A stretch of DNA of 64,000 nucleotides, from NCBI GenBank assembly GCA_018714165.1, contig DVNU01000089.1, forward strand, positions 832 to 64,831. Reading direction: 5' to 3'. Positions 34,163 through 45,900 of this stretch are shown here, one piece after another (position 1 is the stretch's first letter; the number at the start of each line of letters is the position of its first letter). The stretch comes from Candidatus Coproplasma excrementipullorum. GTDB lineage: Bacteria > Bacillota > Clostridia > Christensenellales > Borkfalkiaceae. The notes under the pieces are model-generated. The model was not told the origin of the DNA, searched no databases, and saw only the letters and a program-made list of their open reading frames with translations. A program made the translations under genes and the position numbers.

Positions 34163-35506
34163 TTGAAAAAGTTCAACGTAAAAAGTTTAATAATTCCCGC
34201 GCTGGCGGCCATACTCTCGCTTGCAGTCATATTTGCCTCGGCCTGTTCGCCCAGCTGCTCAATCTACGCCTCCACGCTCGACTGGGCCGTAGCCATGATA
34301 GAGGAGTTCTACTATGAGGATGTCTCCGAAGAGGACGTGCGCGCCGCGGGGCTAGAAAATCTTTCGGGCAACGTGCTCGATATCTATTCGCGCTACTACA
34401 CGGCCGAGGAGTACGAGCAGACAAACAGCTCCAACGAGGGCAACAGGAGCGGCATAGGCGTAAGCTATTCCTATCTCTCTCCGGAACTCAACCTCTCAAT
34501 TGGCAGCGGGGTGTACATTGCCTCCGTGCTCGGCAACTCCCCCGCCTGGCGCAGCGGCCTGCGTCCCGGCACCTTTGTAACGGGCGCGCGGACGGCGCAG
34601 GGAGAGGAGGTTGCAATTGCCGATAACGACGACTTCGCCGCATTTATCAATGCCCGCGCCGAAGGCGAGCAGTTCACCCTCATAACCGACCGCGGCGAAT
34701 TTTCCATGGCCAAGGAAAACTATGTGATGAGCTACTGCCGCATGGCCACGGCCGAGGGGGAGTGGAGCATCTCCTACGACGCCGACGGCGATATGAGTGC
34801 CGACTACGTGCAGAGCGACCGCTACTCCTACCTGCCAGAAGGCACTGCCTACGTCAGCCTGTCGCAGTTCTACGGCAACGCCTCTGAGGAGATGGCCGCG
34901 CTCTTTAAAGTCTTCAACCAGGAGGGTTGCACCTCGCTCATTCTCGACCTGCGCAACAACGGCGGCGGCTATGTCAGCATAATGCAGGAGCTGACCTACC
35001 TGTTCACCGCCGAGCTTGACGACGCGTACGACGTAGCTATGTACGCCCGCTTCAAGGACGGCAGCAGCACGCGCTACGACGTCGACGCGTTCACTTCGGA
35101 TAGTTCAAGCTACATTCCCGCGGGCACGCAGGTCACAATTCTTGCCAACAACGGCACGGCCAGCGCCTCCGAAGCGCTCATAGGCGCCCTCATCTCCAAC
35201 GGCGTCGCCGGCTACGACGACATCTATGTATCCGACTTTTCGGACGCATACCTCGCCGCGACGGGCACGGAGGACAAGGACTGCCGCACCTACGGCAAGG
35301 GCATAATGCAGTCCACCTGGCAGTACTGGGTTACGGGCGAGGCCTTAAAGCTGACCGTGGCACAAATCTACTGGCCCGACGGTCAGATGAGCATACACGA
35401 CAGGGGCGTGGGCGTTGCCGACGGCTGTCACACTGTGCCCGCAGAGTGGTCTGTCACCTATTCCGACGAGGAACTGCAGGCCGTGTGCGCAATGCTGGCG
35501 GCATAG
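34163..35506 (+). CDS. S41 family (C-terminal processing) peptidase lipoprotein
   Basis: TTG start. Signal peptide with lipobox SAC. PDZ-like GVYIASVLGNSPAWRSGLRPG. S41 motifs DLRNNGGGYV and NNGTASASEALIGAL. Confidence 0.8.
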   Translation: MKKFNVKSLIIPALAAILSLAVIFASACSPSCSIYASTLDWAVAMIEEFYYEDVSEEDVRAAGLENLSGNVLDIYSRYYTAEEYEQTNSSNEGNRSGIGVSYSYLSPELNLSIGSGVYIASVLGNSPAWRSGLRPGTFVTGARTAQGEEVAIADNDDFAAFINARAEGEQFTLITDRGEFSMAKENYVMSYCRMATAEGEWSISYDADGDMSADYVQSDRYSYLPEGTAYVSLSQFYGNASEEMAALFKVFNQEGCTSLILDLRNNGGGYVSIMQELTYLFTAELDDAYDVAMYARFKDGSSTRYDVDAFTSDSSSYIPAGTQVTILANNGTASASEALIGALISNGVAGYDDIYVSDFSDAYLAATGTEDKDCRTYGKGIMQSTWQYWVTGEALKLTVAQIYWPDGQMSIHDRGVGVADGCHTVPAEWSVTYSDEELQAVCAMLAA

Positions 35507-35584
35507 CAAAGGCGCCGCCGGCAGTTAACAGTTATGAATTGCGCTTGGGCGCAAGGTGATGGTTGCCGCCTTGCGGCAAGTTAT

Positions 35585-35623
35585 GGCAAAAAATGTGCGG
35601 CGGCGAACGATGTTCGCCGCCGC
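35585..35623 (-). terminator. Terminator of the MinD-like/small-ORF operon
   Basis: 12-bp stem gcggcggcgaac / gttcgccgccgc, followed by a T6 run on the minus strand. Confidence 0.75.
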
Positions 35624-35626
35624 GCG

Positions 35627-35842
35627 TCATACTGTTCTGAAGCGCTTTATCCTGCGTGCCGCAAATATTATGCACACCGAAAAGCCGTCGGCCGTGCGCG
35701 TTATGTTCATATCCGGCCGTCCGTCACCCTCGAAGTACTCCTCATAGACCTTGGCAAAGTCGGCCATAAACAGTTGCTTTTCGCCCTCGGTCATCTCGTC
35801 GCAGTCAAAAATCAGTTCGCCCGTCATCAATTGTCCGTTCAT
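35627..35842 (-). CDS. 71-aa hypothetical protein translationally coupled to the MinD-like gene
   Basis: ATGA overlap with the upstream stop codon. RBS gaggggga. A terminator follows directly. There is a weak by-eye resemblance to the C-terminal half of MinE. Confidence 0.5.
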   Translation of the reverse strand: MNGQLMTGELIFDCDEMTEGEKQLFMADFAKVYEEYFEGDGRPDMNITRTADGFSVCIIFAARRIKRFRTV

Positions 35843-36570
35843 ATCTTCCCCCTCATTTTGCGTTTTATAAACCCGCCCGCACCCAGGTACGTGCGCGTGG
35901 TCTGGTAAATCTTTTTGCCGTCGCCCGCAATGCGCGCGGCTGTCATCTTAAAGGCCTTTACGCTGTCTGCGCGCATGGTGCCCAGCGCCATCCCCAGATC
36001 TTCGGGAATAACCCCCAGAAGGGGCGCGTGCAGCAGGGCGGCTATGTCCTTGGGCGGCATAATCCTGTTGTCGTATATCAGCCCGCCGTTGACTTTATTT
36101 ACTATAACGCCCACATCCTTATACTTCATATCCCGCAGGTGGTTGAGGCATATGTCCGCCCCTTTTATGCCGGTCGGGTAGGGCTCGCATACCACCGCGG
36201 CGCGTTCGCAGACCTGCGGGGCCGCGCTGTCGCACAGCACGTAGTCGAACAGGCTTTCAACTTCGGTCACGGCCGCCGCAATATACTTTCTGTCCTCGCA
36301 CCCCGCGCAGGGCAGAATAAAAAAATTGGGCGAGCGCGGGTGCTCTATCACCGCCTGCTTTACGCGGCAGGCGCCCTTGCGCGCCTCCTCAAGCGTGTAG
36401 GTCTGCAGCCCCGCACAGCCCGCAATAGTCAGGGCGGCGGGGTAGTGCTCGTCGCCGTCCACAACCAGCACGCGTTCGCCCCTCCTTGCCAGGGCCAGTC
36501 CCACGCCCACGGTGCAGGTAGTGGTGCCCGCGCCGCCCTTGCAGGAGGCAAAATAAATTTTAATTGCCAT
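35839..36570 (-). CDS. MinD/ParA-family protein with a degenerate deviant Walker A
   Basis: 243 aa and collinear with MinD. CKGGAGTTT replaces GKGGVGKTT. VVDGD and VLCDSAA are conserved. GVIPED is present. The C-terminal amphipathic tail is GGFIKRKMRGKI. Confidence 0.7.
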   Translation of the reverse strand: MAIKIYFASCKGGAGTTTCTVGVGLALARRGERVLVVDGDEHYPAALTIAGCAGLQTYTLEEARKGACRVKQAVIEHPRSPNFFILPCAGCEDRKYIAAAVTEVESLFDYVLCDSAAPQVCERAAVVCEPYPTGIKGADICLNHLRDMKYKDVGVIVNKVNGGLIYDNRIMPPKDIAALLHAPLLGVIPEDLGMALGTMRADSVKAFKMTAARIAGDGKKIYQTTRTYLGAGGFIKRKMRGKI

Positions 36571-36975
36571 ACGCTCTTTCCTTCGGGCCGCGGCGGCGCA
36601 TACAGCGCCGCCGCGGCCCTCATTTTTTATATTTTATAAAAAATTTGCCGATAAATTTCATGTCCGACAGAAAAATCGGACAATAAATATTATTTTACTT
36701 ATTATATAATACCTTCGCGCAAAAAATCTGCAAAATATTGCCTTAAAGGGCCGCCTTGTGGCGAAAATCCAGCCCGTTTCAACTGCAGAATTTATCGTTC
36801 CGGACACGAAAAATTTTACATTGCTTAACCTTGCAACTGCGGCGCGGGAATGTTTATTTTAAGTTTATACTCTTTCTTATCATTATACAATGTGTATGCG
36901 CGCGCATATGGCGCATAAAGATTTTTGCCGCGCGCACATTGATACTGTTTAAAAAATTTTTATATAGAGAGATCT

Positions 36976-39900
36976 TTGATGAAAAGAATTTTTAAAACTG
37001 TAACCGCTGCCGCCCTTCTTTCGGCGTGCACAGCTACGTTCGCCTTCGGCTTTACGGCCTGCGGCGGCAAGTCCACTGCCAGCGAGGCGCCCTCGGATGT
37101 GGGCATCACCCGCCTTCAGGCCCCTACGGACGGCAGTTTGCCCACCGCGCACACCGCGCAGGAAAACCTGGCTTACATGGCCTACGTGCTCGACAACCAG
37201 CCGCAGTACCACTGCTACACATACACCGTAACTCAGGCCTCCATAGCCACGCAGTACACCAAGAGCTATAAGGACTACCGCGACGGCGTAACCATCTCCT
37301 CGGATATAACCTATTCGTCCATGGTCAAGTCGGGTTCGCAGGCCTGCTTTGTCAACGGCGCGGACGGCCAGGAGGCGTATATGCGCTACAGCGCTGCCCC
37401 CGATGCCGAAACGACCAATCTCACCGCGCAGTGGGAGACGGGCGCGCCCTACTACTTCGACACGCAGACCTACCTCACCACCTACGGTCTCTTCCAGACC
37501 GAGATGACCAATTATATAATAAATGCCGAGACCATAACCGACAGCTCTGCCGCAACCGACAACGGCGACGGCGCCTATTCTCAGTCGGTCGTGCTCGACC
37601 CCGTGGCCAGCACCTATTACTACCAGTACGGCATGAAGACGAGGGGCGGTCTGACGGGTTTCCCGGAATTCCAGAGCGTCAGCCTGACTTTCACGTTCGA
37701 TTCGTCGTGGCGCGTGCTTGCCATCGATGTTGACGAGGTTTCAAAGGTCAACAAGGGCGTAACTGTCACATCCACCTCGCACAGCCGTGCCGAGTATTCC
37801 TACGACGCCGCCGACTTCGACGAGGCGCATTACGCCTATTACGACAGCTATTTCAAGCAGTATATAGGAAGCGGCGATCTCAATACGGGCGGAGGTTCAA
37901 CCGCGCTCGACGTAGCCGGCGTGCTCTCCAACGGCTTTGCGGGCATCATGAACGGCGGCCAGCAGTTCGAAGTCGGCCTCACGCTCGGCGAAAAGGTGTA
38001 TAATGGCTACATCTTCCTCGGTCTCGACCTTGCAGACCCCTTAAATTCCCTCAACTTAAAGCTCAGCCTGGGTTCGACTCCCGAAGAGCAGTCGCTGTAC
38101 GTCGAGTACGCAAACGGCACCGCCAACGCCTACTACGGCAACGACCTTGCAATAACGGCCAACGTCGCCGCAGTCAAGCTTGTCGTCGACGAGTTTGTGC
38201 AGTGGGCCGACGGCCTCAACGCCCTGTTCACCACTGGCGAGGGTCAGGACGACGGCCAGAGTAGTGGAGGCATTTCCCTTTCAGACGACGCTCTCTCCGA
38301 TCTGATGGGTCAGTTCGTGCTCACGCAGGACGAGGACAGCGCTTCTTTAGCTCTCCAGACTGACGATCTTCTCGGCCTCGGCGTGGGAATTGACGCCGTG
38401 CTCAACTTCAGCCTCGGTGAGGACAACGCTGTCGCCTTTACGGACGCAACCGTCGGCGGCATAAGCATCGGCGGCGAACAGCTGGCTCTGGAGCTCGCCC
38501 TTCAGACCACCCAGGCGCCCGTAATCAGCCGCGACCCCGCCTCAACCCCCGCAGACCTCTCTGCCTACGCGGCAGATGTGTTCAATCTGCTCTCCTCCGA
38601 CCTCGTCACATTAAATCTCAAACTCGACGGCTCCTCCGATGAGGTCAAAATAGACGCGCTCAAGGGCATTGAGGCAGACATCACCGCCTATGTCGATATC
38701 GACGGCATAACGGCGGGTGCGCTGGCCGACGTCTCCTATACATATCAGGGCTACACCTTCTCCGCGCAGATCGGCGCGTATTACGACGGCGACCCTGCAA
38801 GCGCAAGCTACGGCGACATCATAGTTCAGATAACCTCTATAAACGGCGTGGCGACCGACATCCGCACGGGCTGTGCGGTTGAGGAACTGCCCCGGGCGGT
38901 GGAGTCGCTCTTAAAGCTTGCCAATCTCAATTTAAACGGCCTGTTCTCGGCCGAAAGCGATATTTCGCTGAATGTCGCAGTTATAATCAACAGCGTTCTC
39001 ACGGCCGATTTTTCGGCAATGCTTGGCGACCTTTCGGCCGACAGCGGCAAGATAGCCGCCACCGTAAATATTGACGAAATTATATCTCTTTTTGCCGATA
39101 CGAACATCTCTTTCGGCACGCTCAATCTCAGCTACACCCCCGACTATGCCTCGGCTAACGGCGGTAAGCTGGCCGCCGCGCTTCCCGCGCTCGGTCTCTC
39201 GCTCGAAGTTCAAGGCAATGACGGCGAAATTGCCCTTCCCGAAGGCGATTATCCCGACTTCGCCGACCTTGTGGAGGCGGTAAACGGCGCATATTCGGCC
39301 ATCAACGATATAATCGAGGGCCAGTCTGTCAACCTCGTCATACCCGCGGGCAACAACTATTTAAGGTACGCGGATATGAGCCTCGCCGTCACGGGTACGG
39401 TCAGCGCCAGGTGGGGGGAGGAGGGCCGCGTTGCCGCTGACCTCAACGTAAAATTTTCAGGCGCCAAGCATTCCGCCACAACCAACGTAAAACTTATATA
39501 TAACGCCGCGGCGGGGGCAAACAGTCCCCTCGTGCGCCTGTCCATAAACGGCGCCGCGCTCGACATCTACGCCGCAGACCTTCCCGCAATCCAGAGCCAG
39601 ATTTCCACGCTCTCGTCAGTCACGCCTTCGGGCGCTCATTCGCTCGGCGACGAGCAGAAGCTCGCGGCAATCGTGCTAGAACTGCTTGCCGGCGGCGAGT
39701 GGGTAAACTTATTGAATAATCTGACCCTCACTTCAGACGGTCAGTCGCTGGCACTTCAGTACATAGACGCCTTCACTGTCGGCGCCTCTGTCGACGTGTC
39801 GGACGGCCTCTCTTTAGGCGTTGAGGCTGAATACGAAAAGTTCAGCTATACGGGCAAGATAAATGTCGTCCGCGCGGACATATACTCGTATGTAAACAGG

Positions 39901-42900
39901 CAGATAGAGCTGTCTGGCCCCGCCAGCACGGCTAACGGCGCAAGCTTCACCAAGGTCATCTATGACTACGTATTCGACGCCTTCAACGCCATAGATCTCA
40001 GCGACGTGCTCGGCGGAGCGTACTCTGTAAACTTAAGCCTCAACGGCAACAATTCGGCCATCGCCCAGCTCAAGGGCGTTCAGGTCAACGCCGCACTCGC
40101 GTTTGCCGAGAGGGGTGAGGACAACGTGGCCGATCTCTCCGTCTGGCTCAACGTGGGCGGCACTGAGGTCAAGTTCTCCGTAACGCTCATCGGCGAGCAG
40201 TTCTATGTCTCCGTCGCCAACATTTCGGGCAAGGATATCCCCCACTTAAAGCTTACAACCACGGCCGACAGCCTGTATTCGCTCATAACAAACCTCGTCG
40301 ATTACGCGGTGGAGGCAGGCCTGCTCGGCGGCGCGTACTCCGCGGGTGCAGACGCGCGCTTCAACGCGGCCATAACAGACATAATATACAGCCTCGCTAC
40401 TATCGACTTTGACGAGTTCATAACTACCTCGTCGGCTGTCGAGGCCAAGACGATGACCGTCGATATAGACGGCCTGCTCTCGGCACTCAACATCAATGCA
40501 GGCTTTGCAATCGGCAGTGTAACGGCCGTGCTCAACGAGGATTTGACCTTCTCCGTCTCAGCCGCAAACGCGGGCAGGGAGTGGGTGCGCCTTGAAGCTG
40601 GCAAGACGGATAAGGACTACTCGTCCTTCGACACGACGGGTTACATAGACTTCAGCCAGGTCACCTCGCTGCCCGTCGCGGATATATTAAATCTGCTCGA
40701 CTCGGATATTCTCAAGCTCAACTTGTCGCTTGAAAACACCTTCGAAGGCGGCCACGCCGTGGCGCTTTCGGCGCAGTCCTATATTAATGTAAACGGCATA
40801 GCCGTCGCCGCGGACGTAACTGCCGCGTACAGCTATAACGGCATTGAACTCGATCTGGCGCTCACCGCTTACTATGCCGACGACGGTTTGTACCTGCGCA
40901 TAACGCGCATAAACGGCGAGGATTGTTTTCTCGGCGTGTTCTGCGAGGCCGACGACGTGCAGAGCGCGATAGAGGCGCTCATCGCCGCCGCTCAGACGGG
41001 CTTTGGCGACAGCGTGTCTGGCTCCGACCTCTCGGCCATGCTCGACGGCGTCCTCACCGCCGACTTCCCCGCAATCCTTTCGGGCGTCTATTCTGACGGC
41101 GAACGCATAAAAGCGGATATCGATGTCGACGCTCTCGCCTCTCACCTCGGCCTTTCAACCGACCTCGGTACGCTTTCGCTTGAATTTGCCGACGGCGCGC
41201 TCACGGCTCAGGCCCGGGAAATAGGGCTGGGCATAGCCCTTTCGGGCGCCGAAGAGATGCCCGCTTTCGATACCTCAGACTGCCTCAACCTCTCCGACCT
41301 CGTTGATTTCGTAAAAGAGGCCTATGCACAGATAGGCGGCATTGTAAAATCGCAGTCTGTAGCCTTTGAAATCAAGGAGGAGTCTCCCGCCTACATAACG
41401 GTGGACGGCATAACCGCCGCGCTGTACGGCAACGGCGAAATCAGCTGGAAGAACGGCGGGCAGACCGTCGCGCTCGACCTCAAAGTCGCCCTCTCTGAAG
41501 GCGACGGCAGCGATGTGCTCGACATCGCCCTCGTCTACAACGGCAACGCCGCAGACGACGAGCCCTTTATAACCTTTGCGCTCAACAACGTAGGCGTTGA
41601 AATGCGCCGCGCCGACGTGGAGGACATAAATAACAAGCTGAATATTTTAGTCAACTCCATATCGCCCCTGCTCGGCATCAGCCGTTCGGGCAACGCCGCG
41701 ATCCTTGCCGAGGCCCCCGCAACAGCAGGCAGTGCGGACAGCGACGACATAGTCTATGCCGTCCTTGCCCTGCTCGCCGATACCGACTGGGCTGGTCTGC
41801 TCGAAAAATTCACTCTCACAACCGACGGCTCGTCCGTGGCGCTCTCGTGGGCGGACGATAACCTCGTTGCCATCGCCGCAGACGGGAGCGGAATAGAGTT
41901 CGCCTATCGAGGCGCGCTCTCGGGCGAAGGTTCGTCCTTTGCAACGGGCGCAAGCGTAGTGCTTTCGCAGTCTTCAGGCTCGCTTGCGGATAAAATCAGC
42001 TCAAGGCTTTCGGGCGACGACTACATAATCGCCTCTTCCCAGAACGGCCAGAATTTCATTAAGGCCGTGTACGACAACCTGTTTGAGGCCATCCGCTCGA
42101 TATCTGTCGAAGAGATCCTCGGCGATAACGTATACAATGTCTCCTTCGATATAAACGGCGCCAATACAAACATAGCCGAACTTCAGGATATATTCGTCCA
42201 CGCTGAAATGTACGTCAAAAGGAATACAAATGGCGGCACGGTGACCCAGCTCGATCTCAACTTCGATATAAAGGGCGCCGTTGTCAACGGGGCTGTAATC
42301 ATCGATAACGACTATGCCGGCAAAAACACGCAGTTCTACATAAATTTAACGCAGGTTCTGAACATCACATTAAACGGCTTAAAGGTTCAGGCCTCGCAAA
42401 ACACCTTGTATGAGGCAGTGGAGAGCCTGATTGACATTATGTGCAACACCGATATGCTCTCGGGCATTGTCTCCCTCGTTCCGTCGTCTGCAAGTACCGA
42501 GGTTGAATCTCTTGCCTTAAGTAAGGAGAGTAAGGAAAGTCTTACCGATATTATCTTCAACCTGCTCAATTCTGACATAACCTCTGCATTTACGGGCGCC
42601 ACGGCAAACGGGGTGACTACGGCGTCGGTCGATCTGGACGCCGTTATGGCCTGCCTCGGACTGAACTTCGGTTCGCTCGGCACGATTGAGTGTAAAATAG
42701 ATCACTCCACCCACGCGATAACCACCTCTGCGGTGGCCGACGGAATGGGTGAAAAGTGGCTCTCGCTCTCCTCGCGCAGGCTGAAGGAAGCAGAGGTAAC
42801 CTCGCTAAATTACGCCCTCAAAACATTCGACGCAACACAGTACATAGATATAGCCTTCCTGCCCACTCTGGTGGATGACCTTGCGGCCTCCCTCACGGAC

Positions 42901-45900
42901 GACGAGGGCAAGATGTACGAAAGCATGACCTTTGAAGGAGACGTCAGCGTAAATCTTCTCAATCTGCTGAATATAAATATCTCTGATCTCAAACTGACAA
43001 TAAATCTTTCAGACGGTTTCTATTTAGCCCTTCAGGGTCAACTTTCTGGTTCGCTGGTCACGTCCCGGACAATAGGTATTACCTTCCACAATGATTATAT
43101 AACGCTCTATCGCGGGGACGGCGGCGGGCAGTACAGAGTAATGACTACGGCGTACTTCCTCGACAATATGTTCGGCGACGGCGATACGCTCAACTGGCTT
43201 CTTGGCGTAAACTCATTAATGTGGAGTATCGTCAAATCGGCCGTTCCCGAAGTAAGTTCGGGTCTCACCACCCCCGGTTCGCTCTATCTCTACTCGCGCG
43301 AGGAGAGTCAGGAGCAGGAGGAGGTCACCGTGGCCGACTATGTAAACGCCCTCTGCGCAATCATCGGCGGCGAACAGGTGCTCGAATTCACCTCGCAGAG
43401 CGGCAGCATAGACGAAATGCTCAACACCCTCGACGTGTCGGATAACTTCTACGCTTTCGACCTCAACGCCCGCCTGCTCACGGATAACGTGCTCACCCGG
43501 CTCTCCGCGGCCATTTTGCGCGGCGCCGACGGCGGCATAACGGGCATTAAAGCCGTGGGCGCAATCCAGAGCTACGTCAGCTTTACCCTCAATTTAAATT
43601 ATGACGAAAGTTACAATTCCTCGCCCCTTGCAAGTCACTTTGCGGCGGCGGAGGAGGGCTTCAACTCGGCCACGAACAACGGCGCCGTAACCGACGGCGA
43701 CAGCGGCATATTCGGCTGCTACAACTCTGAGGACGGGTCTGTTGATTTCTCCTACCTTCTCACGCCCTACACGCTCAGCGTTATAGGTCTCGACGGCGAT
43801 GTGACGCAGTACACTGTGCGCGAGGGCTCAACCGTCTACCTGTACGACAACGCCTATCCCGTCTACGCCGACGACAGCAACCAGTTCAGACTGGTGTACA
43901 TGTTGAACGGTGAAATTCTCACAAGCTTTGTCGTCAGCGGCGATCTTGCCGCTGACGGTCAGATAACGCTGTACGAGCAAAGGCGCGGTGCTGTGGACTT
44001 TACCGTCACCAACAACCAGCCCTTTGCATCATCGTTTACGTATCATTCGTTTGTGGGCGACACGCTTCCCTCGACCTTCGGCGACTTTGCCGTCGTTGAT
44101 GAATTCGTGTTCGAGTCCAACGGCGAGCCTGTTGCGGGCATGGTGGTAGACGCATACACCCCCACCCGAATCGTGGGTACTTACGCCCCCGCTACGCAGA
44201 CGATAAACTATGTTGTCTACACCTTCAATACAACCGACCACACATATCACGTTACGGGCCGCGCTACGGGATTCGTCCAGTACTATATCGAAGGCAACCG
44301 CACTTTGACGCTTGAAAACGAGATCGACGGTATAACCGTTACCGCCATAGACGACAGCGCTTTCGCCAACACCGGTACGGACTCCGACGGCAATGTCGAT
44401 TCAACAAAATCTATCCAAAACGTAATAGTGCCCGCCAACATAACCTATGTCGGCGCAAGCGCCTTCAAGGACAATGTGGGTATGCAGTCGATTGTATTCC
44501 TCGCGCCGTCCGTTACCTTCGGCGGTTCGGGCACAAATTCCGATTCAACCTACCCCTTCTACGGCTGCTCAACTTATGCCACGTCCGATTCCGTCAATGG
44601 AGCCAATGGCAACGAGCAGACTGTATTGACTGTATATGTCAATGGCGTAACAAATTCCAACGATGAATGGAAGTTGTTCAGGGCTGTAAATAAATTTTTG
44701 TGGTTCAGGTTCTATATCGGTTCCGACGGCGGTTCGGTCAACACAAGCGGCTGGGCATATGCCGACGGCTTCACCGTCGAAGGCGGCGAGCTGTTGGAAG
44801 ATATTACCTTCAACGGCAGTTCGCTTGAGGTATATGTCTCCGAAAATATCATCTCCGGCCTCACCGATCCCGTAACCTTAAGCGCTAATGCCGCACAGCT
44901 TCAAACCTCGGTTCAGGCGATAATCGATGAATACTCGCTCGGTCAATACGGCTACATCAACGCCTTCACCGTCAGCGTGCAGACAATAAATGACGGCGGC
45001 GCATGCAGCTATTGCGTAAAGATTGAAGAGGGTGAGCCCAGGTACGCGGTAACCTGCCTGAACGGCGATGTAACCCTTGCCGTTTCGGGCGAGGGCGGCT
45101 ACTTCAACGGCACGCCCTACTACGGCGGCGACATCACAATAACGGCCGCGGTTATCGCAAACAGCAGCACAAGCAAAGTTGCCGCAATAATTGTAAACGG
45201 CGTCAGGTACGAGGGTAACACGGCATCTGTCACCGTAACGGGCCCCGTACAGGTCGATGTTGAGATAGCGGAGGACGCCTCTGCAACATTTGTAAGCGAT
45301 GTGGCATTCACGCTCAACGGCGAGGACTGCGGCTATGACAACACCGTCGTTGTTGAGGACATCACGGCGGTGTCCGACTTCACCCCCACGCCTGCGGACA
45401 GCGCGTATGTGTTCCTCGGCTGGGCAAGCGATGTCAGCGGCGCAATGTCCTTCACAACAGTATCCACCGCCGGCGTAACCTACACGGCAATCTGGGCAGT
45501 CGCCTCCGAAGGCGTAACCTATACGGTGCAGACTTCGGGTACAACGCTCAATGCCCCTGCAGTTTCGTCGGGCGCCTTCTACGGCTGGTATGCCGATGCC
45601 CAATTCGCTTCGCCCCTTTCTGGCGAGCTCTCGACAGAGAACACCATTTATGTCGCCAGAAGGCAGTTTACCTTTACATATACCGTATCGGGCAATCTCA
45701 TCACAAAAATAAACGACAGCAAGTTTGGTTCGGTATCGGGTAAATCGTCGCTCACCAATTCTATTACAGTGCTTGAAAAGCAGACAGTATTAGTTGAGGT
45801 AACGGGTGACTATACTGCCGATGTTAAGGTGGACGGGGAAGTTATAACAACGCTCACGCTGGAAAAATACTTCTTCGTAAGGTATACGTTCAAAACAGAT

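Noticed and set aside
36900-36912. The perfect 12-bp palindrome ATGCGCGCGCAT and nearby GC-rich mini-palindromes upstream of the giant lipoprotein gene, considered as operators.
   Set aside because: It is a single occurrence of an alternating CG tract, with no second half-site arrangement and no cognate regulator nearby. The evidence is insufficient to call a site.
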